NCBI GenBank assembly: GCA_042219475.1
Contig: JBDGPX010000042.1
Location: 1-55,308 of the forward strand
Reading direction: 5' to 3'
Source of the DNA: Halobacteriales archaeon
GTDB lineage: Archaea; Halobacteriota; Halobacteria; Halobacteriales; Hikarchaeaceae
Length of the DNA: 55,308 nt
The notes below the pieces were generated by a model. That model saw only the letters and a program-made list of their open reading frames with translations. It had not been told where the DNA came from and searched no databases. Positions 9,719 through 19,817 of the stretch are shown one piece after another (positions within the stretch are counted from its first letter, which is position 1; every line of letters starts with the position of its first letter). A program made the translations under genes and the position numbers.

Positions 9719-12676
9719 CTAATCGAGTGTATCAGCCACTTTCTCGATCGGATGCGGGGGTTTCGCGCCGACGTGATCGTGTAACTGAGAGCGACAGGAC
9801 GCGCCGGGGGCAACCACCGTGCCCTCCGTGGCGTCAACCTGGTCGTAGAGGATCCGGGCGATAGCTTTGCTCATCGAGTAGTGCTCGGCCTCGTAGCCGA
9901 AGCTTCCGGCCATCCCACAACAGCCCGAATCGAGCGTCTCGACATCGAACCCAACCGATCGAAGAACTGCGGCGGCGTGGGTGGCCTTCTTGGTCGCCTT
10001 CTGGTGACAGTGACCGTGGTAAACCAGCGATTCCTCGGGGGCCGACGACTCAAGATCGATGTCCTGGAGGTCGAGATACTCCATGACGCCGTAGGTGTTC
10101 GCGGCGACCGTCCCGGTATCGTCGGTGGGCAGTAGATCCCGATAATCGGATTGGATCATCACGGCGTCGGAGGGTTCGACGACGACGACATCCCATCCGC
10201 CGCGTATCTTCGGCGCAAGCGTAGCGACGTTCGTCCGGGCCGTCTCGCGGGCCCGATCGAGAAACCCCTTCGAGTGGGCGGGCCGGCCGCTGTCGCCGAG
10301 ATCGCCGGGGATCGCGACGTGACAGCCCGCGCGCTCAAGCACCGCGACCGCGGCCTTCCCCGCAGCGGGATTGTTGTAATTGGTATACGTATCCGGGAAG
10401 AGGAGCACGCGACGATCGGCGTCGGCCGCGGAGACGGTACTGCCACCGCGGTCAGCGAACCATTCCACCAGCGTCTCACGGTGAAAGGTGGGGAGCCGGC
10501 GGTCCGCGGCGATCCCGACGGTTCGTTCAAGTAGCCATCGGGCACCCGGAAGCCCCGGCAGCCAGTTCGAGAGGGGCGCGGTCGCACTGCCGATCGCCGA
10601 GAGGGCATCGATGCTGGCGAACAGCCGGTCCCGGAGCGTGGCCCCGTGACGGTTGTGATATTCGTGTTCGACTTCGGCCTTCAGTTTCGCCATGTCGACC
10701 TCGCTGGGACAGTCCCGGGCACAGCCCTTACAGCCCACGCAGAGATCGAGTACCTCATGCATGAATTCGACGTCGAACTGTTCCTCCTCGGGGAGATCGC
10801 CGCTCATTGCCTGCCGGAGCAGGTTCGCCCGGCCCCGCGTTGAGGTGATCTCTTCCTGGGACGCCCGGTAGGTCGGACACATCACCCCACCCAGGGTATG
10901 CTGATCGCCCCGACAGCCGCCACAGCCGTGACAGAGCTCGACCATCCCCTGGAAACCGTTGTCGTTGTCCCACTCAAGAGCGGGCTCGAAGCCGGCATCG
11001 AACTCGTAGTCGGGATCGAACCGGAGGTTCTCGGTCATATCGACGTCGCCACAGACCGTCCCCGGGTTGAGCAGCCAGTCGGGATCGACGGCGGTCTTCA
11101 GCTCCCGGAAGACTTCCCAGAGATGCTCGCCGTAGAGTTTCTTGTTCCACTGGGTTCGGGCGCGACCGTCGCCGTGTTCGCCCGATACCGAGCCGCCGTA
11201 TTTCACGGCCAGATCGGTTGCCGCGTCGGCGATCGACTCCATCCGAACGACACCCTCCTCGGTCTTGGTATTGATAAGCGGCCGGACGTGGATGCAGCCG
11301 GGACCGGCGTGGGCATAGAATGACCCGAAGGTGTCGTGTTCCTCGAACACCGCCTGAAAATCCGCGATATACGCCGGGAGGTTCTCCGGCGGCACCGCGA
11401 TATCCTCGATGAAGGCGATGTGTTTGGCGTCGGTCGTCCGCGAGAGCAGAATCGGCGTCGACGCTTTACGCATCTTCCAGAACTGCTCCTGTTCATCGGG
11501 ATCGAACGCAGTCAGCCCGTCGAAGGCGATGTCGCCGACCCGATCGTCGAGCAGCGCCTCGACGTCCGCCCGCGCGGCGTCGGCGGAGTCAGCGTAGAAT
11601 TCGACGAGGAGGAACACCTTCGTCCCCTCGGGAAGCGGCGCGAGGACGGGCTTGAACTCCTCTAAGTCGTGGGCGAGCTCGAGCAACGGCTCATCGAGCA
11701 CCTCGACGGCGGCGGGATCGTGTGCGAGGATCGTCTCGACGTCCTCCATGGCTTCGACGAGCCCATGGTAGGTGAGCAAGCCGACGGCCTTCGCCTCTGG
11801 GAGGGGTTCTAGGGAGACGGTCGCCTCGGTGGCGATACCGAGCGTTCCCTCCGAACCGACCATGAGACGGGCGAGGTTGACCGTCCCCGTTTTGGCCTCC
11901 TCGACGAGTACATCGAGGTTATAGCCCGAAACATTGCGCTTGATCGAGGGGTAGGCAGCCTCGATCTCGTCGCGTTCGTCCTCGATGATCCGTAGGGCCT
12001 CGGCGTAGAGCCGTGCTTCAAGCGAGCCATCGGTATCGGCTCGTGCACGGAGTTCCTCGAGTGTCATTTTCCCCAATCGGGTGACCGTTCCGTCGGCGAG
12101 GACGACTTCGAGTTCCTCGATGTAGGCGTCGGTCTTGCCGTACAACAGCGAGTGCGCGCCGGTGGTGTTGTTCCCGATCGCGCCCCCGATCGCGCTCCGA
12201 TCGGCCGTCGAGGGATCGGGGGCGAACTTCAGCCCATATTCCTCGAGTTGATGATTGAGGTCGCCGAGGATCGTCCCCGGCTGACAGATCGCTTCCCGGC
12301 CGTCGGGATCGATGTCCACGACGGTGTCCATATACCGGGTAAAATCGAGGACAACGGCCTCGTTGACCGTCTGGCCGGCCAGACTCGTCCCGCCGCCACG
12401 GGGAAGGACGGGTATTTCGTGATCGGCACAGTGGGCCATTACCGACGCGACATCCGCCGTCGATCGGGGGAAGACGACGCCGATCGGTGTCACCTCGTAG
12501 GCGGAGGCGTCGGTCGCATACAGCTGCCGGGAATATGAATCGAAGCGAACATCGCCCTCGATCCGGCTGTCGAGGGCTGCGAGGAGTTCGGGGCGCTCAA
12601 CCGCGTCGATCTGGTAGTCGTAGTTGGCCCGCCCGTCAGCCGCGGGATCGCTCGGCGGCTGGCCGCTGGTTACCAT
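9719..12676 (-). CDS. FAD-binding and Fe-S oxidoreductase (D-2-hydroxyacid dehydrogenase, GlcD-GlcF fusion type)
   Basis: PRGGGTSLAGQ FAD-binding motif, GEHGDG, CHGCGGC and CVGCKGCARDCP 4Fe-4S motifs, CCG domain. Confidence 0.92.
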   Translation of the reverse strand: MVTSGQPPSDPAADGRANYDYQIDAVERPELLAALDSRIEGDVRFDSYSRQLYATDASAYEVTPIGVVFPRSTADVASVMAHCADHEIPVLPRGGGTSLAGQTVNEAVVLDFTRYMDTVVDIDPDGREAICQPGTILGDLNHQLEEYGLKFAPDPSTADRSAIGGAIGNNTTGAHSLLYGKTDAYIEELEVVLADGTVTRLGKMTLEELRARADTDGSLEARLYAEALRIIEDERDEIEAAYPSIKRNVSGYNLDVLVEEAKTGTVNLARLMVGSEGTLGIATEATVSLEPLPEAKAVGLLTYHGLVEAMEDVETILAHDPAAVEVLDEPLLELAHDLEEFKPVLAPLPEGTKVFLLVEFYADSADAARADVEALLDDRVGDIAFDGLTAFDPDEQEQFWKMRKASTPILLSRTTDAKHIAFIEDIAVPPENLPAYIADFQAVFEEHDTFGSFYAHAGPGCIHVRPLINTKTEEGVVRMESIADAATDLAVKYGGSVSGEHGDGRARTQWNKKLYGEHLWEVFRELKTAVDPDWLLNPGTVCGDVDMTENLRFDPDYEFDAGFEPALEWDNDNGFQGMVELCHGCGGCRGDQHTLGGVMCPTYRASQEEITSTRGRANLLRQAMSGDLPEEEQFDVEFMHEVLDLCVGCKGCARDCPSEVDMAKLKAEVEHEYHNRHGATLRDRLFASIDALSAIGSATAPLSNWLPGLPGARWLLERTVGIAADRRLPTFHRETLVEWFADRGGSTVSAADADRRVLLFPDTYTNYNNPAAGKAAVAVLERAGCHVAIPGDLGDSGRPAHSKGFLDRARETARTNVATLAPKIRGGWDVVVVEPSDAVMIQSDYRDLLPTDDTGTVAANTYGVMEYLDLQDIDLESSAPEESLVYHGHCHQKATKKATHAAAVLRSVGFDVETLDSGCCGMAGSFGYEAEHYSMSKAIARILYDQVDATEGTVVAPGASCRSQLHDHVGAKPPHPIEKVADTLD

Positions 12677-12789
12677 TGTCCATGTGTTGGGCAATGGTCT
12701 CCTAAAGGTTGTTCAGTCGGCAGGGCTCGCCACAGCGGCCTATGACACTATGCGTCGAAATGCACGACCGGATCGATGATCGATATCGA

Positions 12790-13881
12790 TCAGGCGACGC
12801 GGTAGTCGTCGATCGTCGCCCAATCGATCGTCAGTCCGAGGCCGGGATCGGTCGGGAGCGTGACCTGACCGTCGTTCGACGCCGGCGGGTCCTCAAAGAG
12901 GATCTCGGCTGCCTTGGTGCCGTGATCATGGAATTCCACGCGCCAGCCGTTGGGAACGCCCGCCTGGAGGTGCATGTTGAGGTGAGGATACGCCCCACCG
13001 TTGGCGATCTTGCGGTTGAACGACTGGGCGGTCAAGGCGACCTGCTGGCCGCCAGTGAATCCTCCGACGAAACAGACGTTGGGTTGGCTGACGTCGATAG
13101 CATCGCGGCTCATGAACTCCCGGTGGCGGATCGGATCCCCTTCGTTCTGTCCGGCGGCCGTCGGGATGGATGACCGACGGCGGAAATCAGCCAGGAGATC
13201 GAGGTCGTTGGCCTGGATCGGCTCCTCGAACCAGGTGATATCGTATTGCTCGACCCGGTTGGCGAGCTCGAGGGCCTGGTTGAGCGAATAGCTATGATTG
13301 GCGTCGATCATGAGCTCGACATCGTCGCCGACGGCCTCCCGAACCGCCTGGACGCGGGCGCCATCGGCTCGAAGATCGGGATCATCGCCGCCGACACGCA
13401 GCTTCAGGCGGGATTCCCCGTCGGCGACGAACTCCTCGGCGACGGTCACGACCTGCTCGTCGGTGTACTCGAGCAGCCCGAACGTGATGTACGTCTCGAC
13501 GGTATCCTGAGCACCGCCAAGCAACCGCCAGATCGGCTCCTCGAAGCGCTTGCCATTGATATCCCAGAGTGCGATGTCGACCGCACTCACAGCGGTACAC
13601 CAGACACCCGACTGATAGCGGGCATTGAGCGCTGCACGAAGCCGTTCCCGGATACGATGGGTATCTATCGACGACTCACCGACGAGTAGTGGGGCGACGT
13701 CCGTGTTGATAAATTCCATCGTCGTTCGTGGCCACAGCATCCCAGTAATACCGTAGCCGGTCGGCCCGCCATCCGTTTCGATCGTCGTAATGACGTACGT
13801 CGACTGGATCGGCTCGTCTTTGTAGGCCATGTCGACCGGGAGCTGATACAGTTCGGCATCGACCTGTGTGATCGTGACCAT
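12790..13881 (-). CDS. Mandelate racemase/muconate lactonizing enzyme (enolase superfamily) protein
   Basis: SAVDIALWDI, LKLRVG, MIDAN, WFEEP, PGLG. Confidence 0.9.
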   Translation of the reverse strand: MVTITQVDAELYQLPVDMAYKDEPIQSTYVITTIETDGGPTGYGITGMLWPRTTMEFINTDVAPLLVGESSIDTHRIRERLRAALNARYQSGVWCTAVSAVDIALWDINGKRFEEPIWRLLGGAQDTVETYITFGLLEYTDEQVVTVAEEFVADGESRLKLRVGGDDPDLRADGARVQAVREAVGDDVELMIDANHSYSLNQALELANRVEQYDITWFEEPIQANDLDLLADFRRRSSIPTAAGQNEGDPIRHREFMSRDAIDVSQPNVCFVGGFTGGQQVALTAQSFNRKIANGGAYPHLNMHLQAGVPNGWRVEFHDHGTKAAEILFEDPPASNDGQVTLPTDPGLGLTIDWATIDDYRVA

Positions 13882-14090
13882 CGGCAGTAACTCGCTACTG
13901 CGCCAGTAGAGAGACGGCTGTATAATAGATGCTGATCGATCGGATGTCACCACAACCGATTTTCGCTGGGGAACGGGTCAAAGGATGACAAGGACGCGGT
14001 CAACTCGATCGAGAGATCGGGAATCAGAAGACAGCAAAAATCCGACTCGGCACCGAAACCGCTATTCCTATGGTTGCTACTGACACACAC

Positions 14091-14720
14091 ATGCGAGCGA
14101 TACGGGCTGGGCTGGCGATCAGCGTCGCGGTGTTGTTGAGTACCGCTGGCTGTCTTGGATTCGTTAGCGGATCGGAACCACTTAATTTCACCGCAACGGC
14201 GGCAACAATCGAAGAATCGGCACTTCAGGGGACTGGGTTCGAGGAGCAGTCAGTCCAACCGATCACCCTCAATCGAACCATCGAGTTTCAGGGCGAACAA
14301 CGGGAGCTGATCATCGAGAACCACGTCGCGAGCTATCAAAAAACGGCCGCCGGAAATGAGATCGGGATCGTGACCGTGGTCGCAACGCCGAAAGCGGAGG
14401 TGCTCGGTCAGGGTCTCAATCCGATCGGCCGAATGGATCGACAGGCCCTCCTCGAGCAAATGTTCAGTTTCGCCGGCGTCTCGAATACCGGGGATATGAC
14501 CGAGATCGGAACGGAGCGGACGACAATACTCGGCGAAGAACGGGACGTTTCGGTCTTCGAGACGACCCGAGAACAAGCCGGCCAGCAGATTACCGTCCGG
14601 ATCAGAATAGTCCGTTTCAGTCACAACGACGACTACGTAATCGCCCTGGGCATCTATCCGAAGCGAATGTCCGCTGAAAAACAGAACATCCAGCAGCTGT
14701 TCGCCGGTATCACCCACTGA
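14091..14720 (+). CDS. Putative lipoprotein (DUF6517-like)
   Basis: Signal peptide with lipobox TAGC; TPKAEVLGQGLNPI motif. Confidence 0.7.
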   Translation: MRAIRAGLAISVAVLLSTAGCLGFVSGSEPLNFTATAATIEESALQGTGFEEQSVQPITLNRTIEFQGEQRELIIENHVASYQKTAAGNEIGIVTVVATPKAEVLGQGLNPIGRMDRQALLEQMFSFAGVSNTGDMTEIGTERTTILGEERDVSVFETTREQAGQQITVRIRIVRFSHNDDYVIALGIYPKRMSAEKQNIQQLFAGITH

Positions 14721-14829
14721 CACCGCCAGCCTTCGACTGCGTGAAAGGCAAAGCTCGTTCGAACCGATCGGCCGACGTGATGGTCATCATCTCTTTGTAG
14801 CCGGGGTTTGAATCCGCCGAGACAGAACC

Positions 14830-15588
14830 ATGGCAGTGGACATCCCGGCGGTACTCAAACGTGGCTACGAAACGACACTCAGCCCTAATGGGGTTGTGTT
14901 CGTTGGGATCTTTTACGTACTCGCGTTACTCAGCGGCGTCGTCACAACGGGAGCGAACAGAGACGCGATGCCTCCGGATGGGATGGGCACCTCCGGAATG
15001 GGTGGTATGCCGTTCACCGGCGGCGGGATGCAGCCGTTCGCGCCCTCGCTCGGCCTCGCACCGCTCGTCGCGGCCGTGCTCTCGTTGGTGCTCACGATCG
15101 TCTCAATCGTGGTGACCATTGGAGCGCTTCGGATCTTCGTTGAGGATCCCTTAGGCAGCCTCCGGACGACGGTCTTCACCCGTAAGATCCTCTGGGCAGC
15201 GCTCAACACGATCGTCGGCGGGATCGTCTTCGGCATCGCCGTCGGAATCGGCCTGCTCCTCCTGATCGTGCCCGGGGTGTTCCTGTTGATCAGTCTGTTC
15301 TTCTGGAACGTCTTCGTCGTCGTCGAAGATACGAGCTTCATCGAAGGATTCCGTCGGAGTTGGGAGCTCACAGGGGGGAGTCGACTCTCGCTGTTCGGCC
15401 TTGGTGTCATCGTCGTGCTGATCGCGCTGTTCGTCAACATCGTGTTCAGTCTTCCAGGAGTGTTCCTCCCCGACATCGTTGGGTTTCTACTCGCCCAGTT
15501 CGGGTCGGCCGTGGTCAGTGTCTTCACCGTCGCTACCGCCGCTGCCGCCTACAACGGCCTCGATGGTGGGACGGCCAGTCGGCTGTGA
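14830..15588 (+). CDS. Integral membrane protein
   Basis: About 6 TM helices; LLIVPG and GFRRSWELT motifs. Confidence 0.8.
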   Translation: MAVDIPAVLKRGYETTLSPNGVVFVGIFYVLALLSGVVTTGANRDAMPPDGMGTSGMGGMPFTGGGMQPFAPSLGLAPLVAAVLSLVLTIVSIVVTIGALRIFVEDPLGSLRTTVFTRKILWAALNTIVGGIVFGIAVGIGLLLLIVPGVFLLISLFFWNVFVVVEDTSFIEGFRRSWELTGGSRLSLFGLGVIVVLIALFVNIVFSLPGVFLPDIVGFLLAQFGSAVVSVFTVATAAAAYNGLDGGTASRL

Positions 15589-15761
15589 GTTTGGACAGAC
15601 AAATGCAGTCACGTTATCGCTTCGGCTGGCGCTGCTGACCTCCCGCTCGACCTCCGTCCGATCCCGGAGGTATGCTCGCATTATGTATCAATCTTCCTCG
15701 TCTGTGTCGCTAATGATCCGATTGGACTGGCCCATAAGAGAAGGGACCTCCGAGTACAGGT

Positions 15762-16121
15762 ATGTCGTCTGCAGGGGATACAGCGATCTGGTGTGAGGGC
15801 GAAGACTGGTGTCCGATCACGGCGACGGGAACCCTACTCGGGCGAAAGTGGCATCCAGTCATCCTCCACCAGCTACTGGAACACGATCGACTGGGGTATA
15901 ACGAATTGCTTGAAGGGATCGACGGGATCTCCAGTAAGGTACTGTCGGAGAGTCTCAAACATCTTGAGGAATACGACTTGATCGACCGAAGGATCGTTAG
16001 CGAACAGCCGTTCCGGGTTGAATACACGCTTACAACGGCCGGCGAGTCGACCGAACCGATCATTCAGGCCATGGCCGAGTGGGGCTCAACCCATCTCACC
16101 GATCCATCGGACGAGTGGTGA
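15762..16121 (+). CDS. HxlR-family winged-helix transcriptional regulator
   Basis: CPI...LLGRKW, GISSKVLSESLKHLE, PFRVEYTLT. Confidence 0.92.
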   Translation: MSSAGDTAIWCEGEDWCPITATGTLLGRKWHPVILHQLLEHDRLGYNELLEGIDGISSKVLSESLKHLEEYDLIDRRIVSEQPFRVEYTLTTAGESTEPIIQAMAEWGSTHLTDPSDEW

Positions 16122-16158
16122 CACCCGAAACTGGTCGCGTCGGTGCATCGGTCACCGA

Positions 16159-16683
16159 TCACTGTTCGCGGAAGATCTTCCAGTCGGCATCCTCCTCATC
16201 GGACTCGACGATCGCTTCGATTTTCTCCCGACGAAGTTCATCGATGAGGACAGCTCCTTCTCGAACCCAAGCGAGAAACTGCCGGCGGAAGCTCCGACGG
16301 ACGGTTTCCGGGTCGGCCGGTGTGTAGACGTAGACCTGTCCCCCCTGATCGAGCAATCGTCGTTGTTTATACAGGACATCCAGCTCGACAAGATCGTTGA
16401 GATGGCGTGAGATGACACTCCGATCGTATCCGATCTCCTCAGCGAGCTCCTTGACGGTTGTCTCGCCGGCTTCCATCACGCAGAGACACACCGTCAGTTC
16501 CGTCTCGGAGATATCGAAGACACTTCGTAATAGCTGCTTGAGCGTCGGGGAGTCGATCACTAGGTCGTCTTCGGAGACGGCCTGCATCGGTTCCTCACAA
16601 CAGGTGATCTCCCGGCTCCCAAGTCCGATATTCCCGCATGTGGAACATTCGAAGACATTCATCGGATCGTCGACCGTGCTCAT
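16159..16683 (-). CDS. TrmB-like HTH regulator with N-terminal CxxC...CC metal-binding domain
   Basis: FECSTCGN...ITCCEEPM, then TVKELAEEIGYDRSVISRHLNDL. Confidence 0.85.
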   Translation of the reverse strand: MSTVDDPMNVFECSTCGNIGLGSREITCCEEPMQAVSEDDLVIDSPTLKQLLRSVFDISETELTVCLCVMEAGETTVKELAEEIGYDRSVISRHLNDLVELDVLYKQRRLLDQGGQVYVYTPADPETVRRSFRRQFLAWVREGAVLIDELRREKIEAIVESDEEDADWKIFREQ

Positions 16684-16805
16684 ACTATACTGTTCGAAAC
16701 GAGACATAAGAATGTTAACCGGTGCGGCCGGTGGAGCCGCGACGGAATGACGAATATCGCTGTGCATCCCCGATCTTAATGTGGTGGCAGTGGTGGCCGC
16801 GATCA

Positions 16806-17675
16806 ATGGAGGCCGACGTCATCGCCGAATGGGTCGGAACTGAACTCGGTGCAACGATCAACAGCATCGAACCACTCAACGGCGGACTGGTGGGCAGGGT
16901 TCATCGCGTCGATCTCGTCTCTGGACAGACGGTGGTCGCGAAAACCGGCGAGACGCCGCTGTCGGTCGAAGGGCGGATGCTTGAATACCTCCATGATCGA
17001 ACGGATCTTCCGGTGCCGACGGTCCACGCCGTGGACGAGACACTGCTGATATTGGCGTACGTGCCGGGATGTGTCGGGAGCGACGCGATTACGCCGACCG
17101 TCGAACGGGATATCGCTGACGGGCTCGCTGCCCTCCATAGCGTAACTGCCTCGAAGGCTGGCTTTCCGTTCGATACCCTCGCCGGTCCGGTCGAACAACC
17201 GAATCCATGGACGGCTTCGTGGGACGAATTCTTCCGGCAGTATCGGCTCGAACACGTCGCCGAGATCGCCCACACGGCGGATGCTCTCCCGGACACGATG
17301 TACGATCGGGTGCTGGCGCTGGCGACGGATCTCGATGAAATCCTCACCGATCCGCCAGCGTATTCGTTGCTTCACGGCGACGTGTGGTTTCAGAATCTGA
17401 TCGTCAATCCCGATACCGAGACGGTGGCGGCGTATATCGATCCGGCCGTCTATTACGGCCATCCCGAAGTCGAACTCACCTATGTCCACTGGACAGAAAC
17501 GGTTGCCGAGGCGTTCTATGACCGATACCGCGATCATCGATCGATCGAGAGCGGTTTCTTCGAGCAGCGGTATCCGGTGTATGCCCTCCAGAAACAGCTC
17601 GAACAGTACTGGTATTTCGAATCCGCAACGACCGAACAGATGGTCGATAAGTATCTCGATACGCTGGGATATTGA
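16806..17675 (+). CDS. Fructosamine-kinase family protein
   Basis: EGRMLEYL, LAALH, QPNPW, LLHGDVW..N, IDPAVYYGHPEVEL. Confidence 0.9.
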   Translation: MEADVIAEWVGTELGATINSIEPLNGGLVGRVHRVDLVSGQTVVAKTGETPLSVEGRMLEYLHDRTDLPVPTVHAVDETLLILAYVPGCVGSDAITPTVERDIADGLAALHSVTASKAGFPFDTLAGPVEQPNPWTASWDEFFRQYRLEHVAEIAHTADALPDTMYDRVLALATDLDEILTDPPAYSLLHGDVWFQNLIVNPDTETVAAYIDPAVYYGHPEVELTYVHWTETVAEAFYDRYRDHRSIESGFFEQRYPVYALQKQLEQYWYFESATTEQMVDKYLDTLGY

Positions 17676-17806
17676 TCGACTCACCCACGAACGTTGGCAT
17701 ACTCTGACGTCCGTGCCCCAATTACTCTGCTATGAGAACCGAGAGACGGTCGGGATGTCCTCGACGAACCCGGCCGAAATGAGAGTAGTAGTGTGATTCG
17801 AAGGAA

Positions 17807-18235
17807 TTACACCAGTTGAGTAGCGATATCGTCGGCGATCGAATCGAGTTCGGCGTCGTCCAGATCCGGCCGATCGCCGGCGATCGCATGGACCGGTGCC
17901 CCGCCGTCGCCAGTGAACCGGGGGATAATATGGCCGTGGACGTGGGGGATCTCCTGGCCGGCTGCTTCTCCGTTGTTGAACGCGACATTGCTCCCGTCGG
18001 CATCGACGGCGGTCTCGACAGCCGGCGTGAGCCGGTGGAGCGTCGTTAACACCTCACATCCGATATCGGTCGGGAGATCGTTCAGTCGCTCGTAATGGGA
18101 TTTCGGGATGACAAGTGTATGGCCCGGTGCGAGCGGGTTGGCATCGAGAAACGCCTGCACATTCTCATCCTCATAGACCGTCCGGCTGGGCAACTCGCCA
18201 TCGACGATACGGCAGAACACACAGTCACCGCTCAT
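17807..18235 (-). CDS. HIT-family nucleotide hydrolase
   Basis: CVFCRI, GHTLVIPK, AGQEIPHVHGH triad. Confidence 0.95.
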   Translation of the reverse strand: MSGDCVFCRIVDGELPSRTVYEDENVQAFLDANPLAPGHTLVIPKSHYERLNDLPTDIGCEVLTTLHRLTPAVETAVDADGSNVAFNNGEAAGQEIPHVHGHIIPRFTGDGGAPVHAIAGDRPDLDDAELDSIADDIATQLV

Positions 18236-18346
18236 ACGCGAACCAACGGCGGCAGCGGCCAAAAACGCCCGGATCATCGGATGGGAGATCGGCACCGAAA
18301 GTGTGCGGATCAGTTTTTTTATCCCGTGGAGTGGTAGATCAGACCG

Positions 18347-19354
18347 ATGTCGATCCAGTTCGCCGCCGACACCCAAACGACCGCGTTCTACAGCCCGCTC
18401 GAGGACTTCGAAGAGGTCGAAATCGACGTCGAGGTCCGGACGGACCCGCTCACGGGGCGATCGGCCCGTATCGTCCCCGAGAACTTCCTCATGCCCGATG
18501 ACGAACCTGACATCACAGCCGTTGTCGAGGACGACGAGGGCTGTTTCTTTTGTCCCGGCATGGTCACGGAGGCGACGCCGGAATATCCCGACTGGGTCGG
18601 GATGGATCGCGGCGAACGCGGGGAAGCCGTCTCGTTTCCGAATCTTAATCCCTACGGCGCCCATTCAAATGTCGTCGTGCTCACCGAGGCACACTTCCAG
18701 CCACCGTCGGCGTTTACCGCAACACAGTTCGCCGACGGGTTGGAGGCGGCGCTCGAATTCATCCAGGCAGCGTTTGACCACGATCCCGACGCGGAATACG
18801 CCTCGATCAACATGAACTTCCTGCGGCCAGCCGGTTCGAGCATCATCCACCCGCACATGCAGACACTGGTCGACGACCGAGGGACCAACGAACAGCGCCG
18901 GCGGATCGATGCGGCGCGTCGGTATCATGACCGTGAGGGGTCGACGTATTGGGACGACCTCCGAGATGCCGAACAGGACGGCGACCGACACGTCGGATCG
19001 ACCCACGGCGTCGAGTGGTTCGCCGCCTTCGCGCCGAAACATCACCGCCACATCATGGGCATCGCCGAACGCACGGCCGTCCCGGAACCGGACGCCGCCG
19101 TCGTCTCGGGGCTGGCTGAGGGGATCACCAACGTGCTGTCGTATTACGACGACCTCGGATTGAACAGCTTCAATATCGCCCTGCACCTGGTAGCCGACGA
19201 TCCGGCTTGCCCGCCAGTCATCGACATCGTTGCCCGATCGGTCTTCGAAGAGTATTACTGGTCAGACTCGCCGTTTTTTGTGGCGCTTCACGACGAGGGT
19301 GTCGTCGATGTCGCTCCCGAATCGTACGCTAACGAGGTGAGTACACAGTTCTAA
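18347..19354 (+). CDS. Galactose-1-phosphate uridylyltransferase-like (GalT branch of the HIT superfamily)
   Basis: RTDPLTG, CFFCPG, FPNLNPY, AGSSIIHPHMQ. Confidence 0.85.
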   Translation: MSIQFAADTQTTAFYSPLEDFEEVEIDVEVRTDPLTGRSARIVPENFLMPDDEPDITAVVEDDEGCFFCPGMVTEATPEYPDWVGMDRGERGEAVSFPNLNPYGAHSNVVVLTEAHFQPPSAFTATQFADGLEAALEFIQAAFDHDPDAEYASINMNFLRPAGSSIIHPHMQTLVDDRGTNEQRRRIDAARRYHDREGSTYWDDLRDAEQDGDRHVGSTHGVEWFAAFAPKHHRHIMGIAERTAVPEPDAAVVSGLAEGITNVLSYYDDLGLNSFNIALHLVADDPACPPVIDIVARSVFEEYYWSDSPFFVALHDEGVVDVAPESYANEVSTQF

Positions 19355-19442
19355 GTGATGGGCACCGTGATCACCCAAGCCGGTAGGTTCATTTGGCTCA
19401 CACGATCAGTCCAGGCAATGGGAGCGATCGATTGGATCCTCA

Positions 19443-19811
19443 ATGTCCCCCGACATCGTTATCGCTGACGACGACGATACCATCCGTGAACTCGTCGAGT
19501 TCAAGCTCGCGAACGCCGGGTACAGCGTTACATCCTTCGAAAACGGTCAGGACTGCTGGAACTATCTCACAGGTGTGGAACCACCGGATGGAATGGTATT
19601 GGACGTGATGATGCCGGGGATGACCGGGTTGCAAGTACTCGAACGGATCCGCGACGATCCGGAACTCACCGAGGTACCGGTGATCATCCTGACTTCCCGG
19701 GGGCGGGAAGAGCACGTCATCGAAGGGCTCGAAACCGGGGCGACCGAGTACATGACGAAACCGTTCAGCCCGAACGAACTCCTCGCCCGCGTCAACCGGC
19801 AGGTCGGGTAG
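19443..19811 (+). CDS. Single-domain response regulator (receiver)
   Basis: IADDD, LDVMMPGMTG (phospho-Asp), ILTS, KPF. Confidence 0.95.
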   Translation: MSPDIVIADDDDTIRELVEFKLANAGYSVTSFENGQDCWNYLTGVEPPDGMVLDVMMPGMTGLQVLERIRDDPELTEVPVIILTSRGREEHVIEGLETGATEYMTKPFSPNELLARVNRQVG

Positions 19812-19817
19812 GTCGGC

